Shown: one piece after another, positions 50,192 through 59,423 of the stretch
Position numbering within the stretch: position 1 is the first letter of the stretch
How the letters are laid out: the number at the start of each line of letters is the position of its first letter
Assembly: GCF_964213995.1 (NCBI RefSeq)
Contig: NC_135806.1
Span: forward strand, 108,252,001 to 108,316,000
DNA length: 64,000 nucleotides
Direction: 5' to 3'
From: Mustelus asterias
Lineage: Eukaryota
Notes under the pieces: generated by a model
Told to the model about the DNA's origin: nothing
Seen by the model: the letters and a program-made list of their open reading frames with translations, nothing else
Database searches by the model: none
Translations under genes and position numbers: made by a program

Positions 50192-51418
50192 GTGTCTTTG
50201 TAATTGCCAGTTTTCATCTACACAACTTCTAATTTCGCAAACTTAGATATACAGCTCCTTATTCTTTAATCCAAATCTTTGATATAAATGTTGAATAACT
50301 GAAGCTTCTGGACAGATCCATGAGGAACGCCAATTGCCCCATCCCGCCAACTCGAGTAAATTTCCTTTATCCCTCCTCCATGTCTCCAACTCCCAATCAA
50401 TCCCCAATCCATGTCAAATGATTACTTCCAATTCTTTTATTTTTGCTCATCTTCTCTTCAGTGGAAGCTTATTGTGTCTTCTGGAAGTTGATACAGACAA
50501 TCAAGACACTTCTCTATCAACAATGTCGGTGACCATCTCAAACAATTCTAGCTGCATTATTTGGACAATGTTGGTGTAAGACCACTATGCTTTAGCTGAT
50601 TGTTAAACTGCCAAAGCAAAGCAAATTGTAAAGGGGCATAATGTTTGTGATATTATATGTCAGCTTTGCAGCAAGCGAAAGGCAAGGTAGGATGAGATCT
50701 GAACAGTGGGTTGTAACAAACAATAAAGTACGAGATGGAATGCATGTTTCCTATTAGGACAAAAAAAATGTGATATTAACTTTTATTTCAATGGAAAAAT
50801 GTGCAGGAAAAGAAACATGGAAAAAATTAAGGTATGTTTTTAAAAAAATGAACAAACACATTGTTCTTTGCAAAATACTGCTACGAGAGAAAATTGGCTA
50901 GGGTTCATATTCCTGATTGCTATCCAGTGTCCTGTTTGAGGAATATACATGTGTGAGAGAGGACAATGGGTGAGTGTAAGTTCATTTCCAACTAATACTG
51001 TTAGCACTCGCTGTTTAAATGTAGAAACAAAAATGATTATTCAGGTAAGATATCCATTGTTAAAACTGAATCCCATTGTGAAGTCAACAGGAGAGAAAGA
51101 GGAAAGGAGAAAATAAATGATTTCAGTAAAGTGCATAGGACGCTCATAGGAGTTCATAGGACGCTCAAAGCAGCTGTGCAGGTTGAGGCTGTGGTTAAGA
51201 AGGCGTATGGTGTACTGGCCTTCATCAATCGAGGAACTGAGTTTAGGAGTTGTGAGATAATGTTGCAGTTATATAAGACCCTGGTCAGACCACACTTGGA
51301 GTACTGTGCTCAGTTCTGGTCGCCTCATTACAGGAAGGATGTGAAAGCCATAGAAAGGGTGCAGAGGAGATTTACAAGGATGTTGCCTGGGTTGGGGAGC
51401 ATGCCTTATGAGGATAGG

Positions 51419-54400
51419 GAGGGCTTTATTTTCATAGACCAATGGGAGGTTTTCAGGAGAGGATGGCACCTGTACAAGAGGGAGGGGTCACAACTAAGTT
51501 GGAAGGGTACAAATATCCTGGCTGGGAGCTTTGCTAATGCAGTTCGGGGGGGTTTAAACTAGTATGGCAGGGGGGTGGGGATCAAACTATTAGGTCTATA
51601 AGTGTGGTGGCTGGGGACGAGCTTGGGGCTGGGACAAGGCTGGCAAAGAAGAAGAGCACTCTGGGGGAGGACGACCTCACTGAGCCTGGGGGTCTGGAGT
51701 GCTTATACTTCAATGCAAGGAGCGTAGCAGGTAAAACAGACGAACTTGGGGCCTTAATGCGCACGAGGAATTTGGATGTGGTTGCGGTGACGGAGACTTG
51801 GTTGAAAGAGGGACAGGACTGGCAGCTGAATATTCCAGGGTACAAGTGTTTTAGGCGAGACAGAGGAGGGGCCAAAAGAGGTGGGGGAGTAGCGGTATTG
51901 GTTGGAGAGCATATTACAGCGGTGCAGAGGGAGGACAATTCGGAGGAGTCGTGTAGCGAGTCACTCTGGGTGGAGCTTAGAAACAGGAAAGGCGCAGTCA
52001 CTATGTTGGGGGTGTACTACAGGCCCCCCAACAGCCCAAGGGAAGTGGAAGAATGGATATGTCAGGAGATACTGGATAGGTGCAGGAAATATAGGGTTGT
52101 TGTAGTGGGAGACTTCAATTTCCCTGGTATAGACTGGAAATCGCTGAGGGCAGGGACTCTGGATGGTGAGGCATTTGTAAAATGTGTACAGGAGGGTTCG
52201 TTGGAACAATATGTGGACAGCCCAACTAGAGAGGGGGCTATACTGGACCTGGTGCTGGGGAATGAGCCCGGTCAGGTCTTCAAAGTTTTGGTCGGGGAAC
52301 ATGTGGCAAATAGTGACCACAATTCTGTTAGCTTTAGGATAGTGATGGAAAAGGATGAGTGGTGTCCCAAGGGTAAGGTGTTGGATTGGGGGAAGGCTAA
52401 CTTTATTGGGATCAGGCAGAAATTGGCAGCTCTTGATTGGGAGAGGCTGTTTGAGGGTAAATCCACATCTGGTATGTGGCAGTCTTTTAAGGAACGGTTG
52501 TTAGGGCTACAGGACAAGCATGTGCCTGTAAAAAAGAAGGATAGGAAGGGTAGGATTAGAGAACCGTGGATAACCAGGGAAATTGAGGGACTGGTCAAAA
52601 GGAAAAGAGAGGCGTATGTTAGGTCCAAGCAGCTAAAAACGGAGGGAGCTCTGGAGGAGTATAATGAAAGTAGGAAAATACTCAAACGGGGAATTAGAAG
52701 AGCAAAAAGGGGTCACGAAATGTTCTTGGCAGACAGGATTAAGGAGAATCCCAAGGCATTTTATTCATACGTTAGGAACAAAAGGGTTGTAAGGGAAAAA
52801 ATCGGACCTCTCAGGGACAAAAGTGGGGACTTATGCTTGGAGCCCAAAGAGGTAGGGGAGATCCTAAATGAATACTTTGCGTCGGTATTCACTAAGGAGA
52901 GGGATGTGTTGACTGGGAGTGTCTCGGAGGGGAGTGTTGAACCGTTGGAGAAAATCTCCATTACAAAGGAGGAAGTGTTAGGTTTGTTAGAGAATATAAA
53001 GACTGACAAATCCCCAGGGCCTGATGGAATCTATCCAAGGCTGCTCAGGGAGACGAGAGGTGAAATAGTTGGGCCTCTGACGCAAATCTTTGTCTCGTCA
53101 CTGGACACAGGTGAGGTCCCAGAGGATTGGAGGATAGCCAATGTGGTCCCGTTATTTAAGAAGGGTAGGAAGGATAACCCGGGTAATTATAGGCCGGTGA
53201 GCTTGACGTCCGTGGTGGGGAAGTTGTTGGAGAAGATTCTTAAAGATAGGATGTATGCGCATTTAGAAAGGAATAAACTCATTAACGATAGTCAACATGG
53301 TTTTGTGAGAGGGAGGTCATGCCTCACGAACCTGGTGGTGTTTTTTGAAGAAGTGACCAAAATGGTTGACGAAGGAAGGGCCGTGGATGTTGTCTATATG
53401 GACTTTAGTAAAGCATTTGACAAAGTCCCTCATGGTAGGCTAGTGAAAAAGGTTGGATCCCATGGGATAAAGGGGGAGCTGGCTAGATGGGTGGAGAACT
53501 GGCTTGGTCATAGAAGACAGAGGGTGGTAGTGGAAGGGTCTTTTTCCGGCTGGAGGCCTGTGACTAGTGGTGTACCGCAGGGCTCTGTATTGGGACCTCT
53601 GCTGTTTGTGATTTATATAAATGATCTGGAAGAAGGAGTAACTGGGGTGATCAGTAAGTTTGCGGACGACACAAAACTGGCAGGACTTGCAGATAGTGAG
53701 GAACATTGTCAAAGGCTACAGAAGGATATAGATAGGCTGGAAATTTGGGCAAGGAAATGGCAGATGGAGTTCAATCCTGATAAATGCGAAGTGATGCATT
53801 TTGGTGGGAATAATGTAGGGAGGAGCTACACGATAAATGGAAGAACCATAAAGGGTGTAGAGACGCAGAGGGACCTGGGTGTGCAAGTCCACAGATCTTT
53901 GAAGGTGACGTCACAGGTGGAGAAGGTGGTGAAGAAGGCATATGGCATGCTTGCCTTTATAGGACGGGGCATAGAGTATAAGAGTTGGGGTCTGATGTTG
54001 CAGATGTATAGAACGTTGGTTCGGCCGCATTTGGAATACTGCGTCCAGTTCTGGTCGCCACACTACCAGAAGGACGTGGAGGCTTTGGAGAGAGTACAGA
54101 GGAGGTTTACCAGGATGTTGCCTGGTATGGAGGGGCTTGGTTATGAGGAGAGATTGGGGAAACTGGGGTTGTTCTCCTTGGAACGACGGAGGATGAGGGG
54201 AGACTTAATAGAGGTGTATAAAATTATGAAAGGCATAGATAGGGTGAACGGTGGGAAGCTTTTCCCCGGGTCGGTGGTGACGTTCACGAGGGGTCATAGG
54301 TTCAAGGTGAAGGGGGGGAGGTTTAACACAGATATCAGAAGGACATATTTCACACAGAGGGTCGTGGGGGCCTGGAATGTGTTGCCGGGCAAGGTGGTGG

Positions 54401-55032
54401 AGGCGGACACACTGGGAACGTTTAAGACTTATCTAGACAGCTATATGAACGGAGTGGGAATGGAGGGATACAAAAGAGTGGTCTAGTTTGGACCAGGGAG
54501 CGGCGCGGGCTAATTGTTCCTTGTTTCTCGTTTCAAGGCTTCATTCTACGATCATCTTGCTGGTGCCAGTACAGAGTGAGACTGCGGATAGTTGGGAACC
54601 TGTCTCGGGGGCAGGGAATTCATATGGTGTTCGTGGAAGTGGAAATGACTAGGGTTGGGAAGCATTTTCCGATCGGGGCCATTGTGATCTCCTGGACTCG
54701 TTTCGATCGCCTCAGGGGGTCGGAGAGGAATTTCCCAGATTTTTTTTTCCCCATATTGGCCCTGGGGTTTTTCACTCTGGGTTTTCGCCTCTCCCTGGAG
54801 ATCACATGGTCTGGAATGGGGGGGTGGGGGTAAGTTAATAGGTTGTAATGAACAAAGCATCGTAGCTGTGAGGGACAGCTCGGTGGATAGGATATTGGTA
54901 TGTAGATAGGCTGGAAAATTGGGCGGGGATCCTGGATTCAGGATTCAATCCTGGACCGGGGAGCGGCGCGGGCTTGGAGGGCCGAAGGGCCTGTTCCTGT
55001 GCTGTATTGTTCTTTGTTCTTTGTTGTTCTTT
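51419..55032 (+). mobile_element. Young CR1 LINE, 5'-truncated within ORF1, ORF2 intact
   Basis: ORF1 tail (SGNH esterase-like ...LYKREGSQLSWKGTNILAGSFANAVRGGLN*), ORF2, long 3' UTR, (TGTTCTT)n tail, 6-bp TSD. Confidence 0.95.
51604..54486 (+). CDS. CR1 ORF2: APE endonuclease + reverse transcriptase (frame open from 51538; true start undetermined)
   Basis: CLYFNARS, VTETW, YYRPP, GDFNFP, LDLVL, SDH (APE); KSPGPDG, NYRPVSL, QHGF, DFSKAFD, GVPQGSVLGP, FADD (RT); no stops over 960 codons. Confidence 0.95.
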   Translation: MVAGDELGAGTRLAKKKSTLGEDDLTEPGGLECLYFNARSVAGKTDELGALMRTRNLDVVAVTETWLKEGQDWQLNIPGYKCFRRDRGGAKRGGGVAVLVGEHITAVQREDNSEESCSESLWVELRNRKGAVTMLGVYYRPPNSPREVEEWICQEILDRCRKYRVVVVGDFNFPGIDWKSLRAGTLDGEAFVKCVQEGSLEQYVDSPTREGAILDLVLGNEPGQVFKVLVGEHVANSDHNSVSFRIVMEKDEWCPKGKVLDWGKANFIGIRQKLAALDWERLFEGKSTSGMWQSFKERLLGLQDKHVPVKKKDRKGRIREPWITREIEGLVKRKREAYVRSKQLKTEGALEEYNESRKILKRGIRRAKRGHEMFLADRIKENPKAFYSYVRNKRVVREKIGPLRDKSGDLCLEPKEVGEILNEYFASVFTKERDVLTGSVSEGSVEPLEKISITKEEVLGLLENIKTDKSPGPDGIYPRLLRETRGEIVGPLTQIFVSSLDTGEVPEDWRIANVVPLFKKGRKDNPGNYRPVSLTSVVGKLLEKILKDRMYAHLERNKLINDSQHGFVRGRSCLTNLVVFFEEVTKMVDEGRAVDVVYMDFSKAFDKVPHGRLVKKVGSHGIKGELARWVENWLGHRRQRVVVEGSFSGWRPVTSGVPQGSVLGPLLFVIYINDLEEGVTGVISKFADDTKLAGLADSEEHCQRLQKDIDRLEIWARKWQMEFNPDKCEVMHFGGNNVGRSYTINGRTIKGVETQRDLGVQVHRSLKVTSQVEKVVKKAYGMLAFIGRGIEYKSWGLMLQMYRTLVRPHLEYCVQFWSPHYQKDVEALERVQRRFTRMLPGMEGLGYEERLGKLGLFSLERRRMRGDLIEVYKIMKGIDRVNGGKLFPGSVVTFTRGHRFKVKGGRFNTDIRRTYFTQRVVGAWNVLPGKVVEADTLGTFKTYLDSYMNGVGMEGYKRVV

Positions 55033-56029
55033 GATAGGTTGAGTGAGCTCGGCCTTTTCTCCTTGGAGAGACGAAGGATGAGGGGTGACCTGATAGAGGT
55101 GTATAAGATGTTGAGAGGTATTGATCGAGTGGATAGTCAGAGGCTTTTTCCCAGGGCTGAAATGGTTGCCACAAGAGGACACAGGTTTTAGGTGCTGGGG
55201 AGTAGGTACAGAGGAGATGTCAGGGATAAGTTTTTCACTCAGAGGGTCGTGGGTGCGTGGAATGGGCTGCCAGCAACGGTGGTGGAGGTGGACTCTTAAA
55301 AGACTTTTAGATAAGTACATGGAACTTAGTAAGATAGAGGTTATAGGTAAGCCTAGTAATCGCTAAGGTAGGGACATGTTCGGCACAACTTTGTGGGCTG
55401 AAGGGCCTGTATTGTGCTGTAGTTTTTCTATGTTTCTAAGTTTCTAAGTGCGCTGGTAAATGTTTCCTTTTAATCCTTATAGCTTATCAACTATATCAAT
55501 AAGTGCAGTTGAATTTGCCACTGTGTAATAGTAGTTGAAATGTTTGCTGTATAAAAATAGACGTAAAAAATTAAAAATGAAGTTTAATCCATTTCATTTT
55601 CAGACCACATAGGAACAAGCACTTCAAATGAATGTGAAAGGGGATGTGCTCCCTGAAACAACTGAGTAAGAGTACATGCCTTTAAAACGGAACTGTACGC
55701 AACCCAGAAAAGTTGAGGTGAAACTTTCTATATGATTAAGAGAGCACCTAATTCCATGTTCCAAGGAGACCACTCATTTAACAATTGTTTTATGTGCTGA
55801 GTTTAGTTTGCTGGCAGTGTTAGTTCTGTGCCCCCCTGAATAGAGTGAAACAGCATTTCTTATTTCCCTTATGTCCCCTGAACACTCTGGGCACACTCAT
55901 CCTCTGGAATTTAAAGTACCACAAAACATAAAGGCAAGTATCTGCTGCAGTCAAAAGGGCATGTGTCACCATATTCTAAAGCCTATAATCCAAACTGATT
56001 TGAGTGTAGCACCTAGGCAATGGTACATA

Positions 56030-56465
56030 GTCAGGACAAAGCAGCCCACTTGATTGGCACCACATTTACAAACATCTACTCCCTCCACCACCAATGCTCA
56101 GTAGCAGCAGTGTGTACTATCTACAAGATGCACTGCAGCAATTCACCGAAGATCCTTCGCACCTTCCAGACCCACGACCACTTCCATCTAGAAGGACAAG
56201 GGCAGCAGATACATGGGAACACCACCACCTGCAAGTTCCCCTCCAAGCCACTCACCAGCCTGACCTAGAAAAATACCGCCGTTCCTTCACGGTCGCTGGG
56301 TCAAAACCCTGGAATTTCCTCCCTAACAGCATTTGGGTCAACCCACAGCACATGGATTGCAGCAATTCAAGAAGACAGCTCACCACCACTTTCTCAAGGG
56401 CAACTAGAGAAGGGCAATAAATGCTGGCCAGCCAGTGGCGCACATGTCCCATGAATGAATAAAAA
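56030..56465 (+). mobile_element. Non-LTR retrotransposon 3' end (same family as 11660-14030)
   Basis: VQDKAAHLIG...SLHHQCSVAAVCTIYKMHCSNSP; tail ATGAATGAATAAAAAA. Confidence 0.75.
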
Positions 56466-57361
56466 ACACTTCCGCCAGAAACCTCCAACCTTGCCAGTGG
56501 CTGAGATTCTCCAGTGCCGCTGCAGTGAATGGAGTTTTGGCTGAGCGCCATATTCTCCATTCTCATTGGCTGCAGGGACTGGATGGATGAGATTGGAGAA
56601 TCCCACCCATCATCTTTCAAATAAGTGAGTAAACCAAGTGAACATAAACACGACACTAAAATAGTAGCAAATTACTGCGGAATGCAGAGCTCCGCCAAAG
56701 AGCATCCAGACTTGAAACGTTGGCTCTGTTCCCCCTCCACAGATCCTGTCTGACCGGCTGAGATTTTCCAGCATTTTCTGTTTTTGTGCGTGATAGATAT
56801 GAGATTATACAAAGCCGAATGTGGATTTCACTTCTAGCCAACATTCCTCCCTTAACCAATGTCATTGAAACAGAGCAACATGTTATTTGTTTGTTGTTTG
56901 TAGGCCTTGCTGTGTACAAACTAACTGCTGGTATCTAACAACAATGATTGTGCTTCCAAGGTAACCATCTGATGGTTGTAAAATATTTTGGACCAACTGG
57001 CAACTTTGATAAGACACTTCATAAATGCAAGAACATTGATTTTCTTTAAATGAAGAGGTTCTCCACCTTTTCTATGTTCAGAAATCAGCACACACAAGGA
57101 CCTCCTGCAAACATCAGACTCCAAGGGACTTCCTGAATATGCTGAAACATTTCTAGGGTCCCCCAAGCAAAACCATCAATAGATGATAATCTGTGGTTAC
57201 TATGAGGTTTCTGATGACACAGCTTTAGCAGCAGATTGGTAAATCCCACCATAAAGTCACAAGTCTAAATTATTACAGAAACATTTTCCAATTAGTATAA
57301 AGCAGCAAACAAGTCAATAATGTAGAAATGTATAGCAATCTGATATGATGCATGATAACTG

Positions 57362-57597
57362 ACTCGGGAACAGCTTCTTCCCTGCTGCCATCAGACTTTT
57401 GAATAGACCTACCATATATTCACCTGATCGTTCTCTGCACCCTAGCTATGACTGTAACACTCTGTGACTGCACCATCTGTTTTCCCTCTCCCCTATGTAC
57501 TCTATGAATGGTATGCTTTGTCTGAATAGCACGCAAGAAAGATACGATTCAACATATCCCAATACATGTGACAATAATAAATCAAATCAAATCAAAA
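57362..57597 (+). mobile_element. Rex1/Babar-like 3' tail
   Basis: NSFFPAAIRLLN followed by ...TGTGACAATAATAAATCAAATCAAATC. Confidence 0.75.
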
Positions 57598-57744
57598 TAA
57601 CCAACAAGCACAATAAGTTAAAGAAAGATATGAAGGGGTAAAGAGCTAAAACAGGTAAATGAAGTAAGATATAGTAAAACGATGATCTAACTGAATGATA
57701 GAACAGAGCTGTTTTTATTCGTTCATGAGATATGGCATCTCTCC

Positions 57745-58440
57745 TTGAAATTCAAAGGTATTACCATCACTGAATCCCTCACTATGAACATCCTGGAGGA
57801 TGCCAATAACCAGTAACTGAACTGGACTAGCTATATAAATACTATGGCTACTGTGGTCAGAGGCTTGGAATTCTGCAGCGAGTAACTCACCTCCTGACTC
57901 CCAAAGCCTGCCCACCATCTACAAGGCACAAGTCAGATATAATACTCCCCCCTTGCCTGGATGAATGCAGCTCCAACAACACTCAAGAAGCTTGACACCA
58001 GGACAAGGCAATCCACTTGATTAGGACCCCATCCACCCCCTTAAACATTCAGTCCCTCCACCATCGATGCACAGTTACAGCAGTGTGTATCATCTACAAG
58101 GTGCAATGAAACCAATTCATCAAGCTTCCTTCGACAACACCTTCCAAATCCATGACCACTACCATCTAGCAAGACAAGGGCAGTAGATGCATTGGAACAC
58201 TACCACCTGGAAGTCCCCCTCCAATCCACACACCATCCAGATGTGAAACTATATCGCCACCGTTCCTTCACCGTCGCTGGGTCAAAAATTTGGAACTCCC
58301 ACTGTAACAGCACTGTGGGTGTACCTACAGCACATGGACTGCAGCAGTTCAAAAAGATGGCTCACCATCACTTTCCCAAGGGAAATTGGGGATGTGGAAT
58401 AAATTCTGTCCAGCCAACAATGTCCACATCCCATGAAATT
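57745..58440 (+). mobile_element. Non-LTR retrotransposon 3' portion (family of 56030)
   Basis: TIYKAQVR...SPLAWMNAAPTTLKKLD motifs. Confidence 0.72.
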
Positions 58441-58958
58441 TTAAAAAGTCCTTGCAGAAAGTTTTGTTTGTGCTGTAGGGAAGAGTTTAAACTAGCCTGG
58501 CGGAGGTTGGAATCCTGAAAATACATTCAGAAAGGAGAGAAGAGTTGGAATGGAAGGCAGAAAATTAGTAAATGTTTTTGGAAGGCAGAGGGAACAGGTT
58601 AGAAAATAAACAAGTCAGTTTGGCAGTGCTAAATAGTGTCCTTCATTACAAGAAATCTACAGAATAAGGCGAATAAACAGAGAGCACAGATTGCCACATG
58701 AGTAAAAAATACCTAGAACAGAGACACAGCGAGACAGAAAATTTGATGGACTATTTAAAGGTCTGCTGACCTCGCGGGGGGGAGGGATTTCCAGTCTCAG
58801 GGTGGGCATGACTGGAAAATCCCACTCATAGTTGAAAGAAGAGAAGGAATGGCAGCTCAACATTCCTGGTTATTGATTTTCAGGTGACATAGGGAGGGAG
58901 TTAGGTTGCAATATCGATTGAAAAAGCAATTATAGCTGTGAAGAAGGCTAGTATGGTA

Positions 58959-59051
58959 GAAGGATCATTAAATGAAGCATTATGGGTTGAAGGATCATCA
59001 AATGAAGGATTATGGGTTGAAGGATCATTAAATGAAGCATTATGAGTTGAA
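58959..59051 (+). repeat. 30-bp tandem repeat x3
   Basis: GAAGGATCATTAAATGAAGCATTATGGGTT repeated three times inside the old CR1. Confidence 0.9.
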
Positions 59052-59286
59052 CAGAAGAACAAAAAAAGAAGCAATCATACCGCTGGGAATATATGTCCTG
59101 CCAATGTCAGAGTGAGATAACGGAACAAATCTGCAGACAAATCTCAGAACTGTAAAACAATAGGGCTGTGGTGGTGACAGACTTCAACCACCCTAACATT
59201 GACTCGAATAGGATTAGGCAAAGGGGGAGCAGAATTCTTAAAATTCATTCAGGAGAACTTTTGTTTACCCATGATGTAGTAAACCC

Positions 59287-59423
59287 TGATGTGGAGATGC
59301 CGGCGTTGGACTGGGGTAAACACAGTAAGAAGTTTAACAACACCAGGTTAAAGTCCAACAGGTTTATTTGCTACCAAATAAACCTGTTGGACTTTAACCT
59401 GGTGTTGTTAAACTTCTTACTGT
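59287..59423. mobile_element. Short Penelope-derived palindrome with one-sided tail
   Basis: Perfect arms of about 48 bp; TGTAGTAAACCC duplicated at 59275-59286 / 59421-59432. Confidence 0.8.

Larger units (their letters stand above)
51150..55447 (+). mobile_element. Host CR1 3' portion (51150-51418 and 55033-55447) split by a younger CR1
   Basis: Reading ...GSMPYEDR | [16 protein letters not shown] is continuous across the insertion; GATAGG duplicated at 51413-51418 and 55033-55038. Confidence 0.92.

Noticed and set aside
51131-51562. 143-aa ORF as a novel protein
   Set aside because: Chance in-frame fusion of a host CR1 RT fragment and the ORF1 tail of the nested CR1 at the GATAGG TSD.
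55604-55668. Exon-like segment (tttcag...ga|gtaag)
   Set aside because: Splice-like ends, but no recognisable coding content or partner exons.
58959-59051. CRISPR-like array
   Set aside because: Head-to-tail 30-mers with no spacers in vertebrate DNA; a simple tandem duplication inside a CR1.
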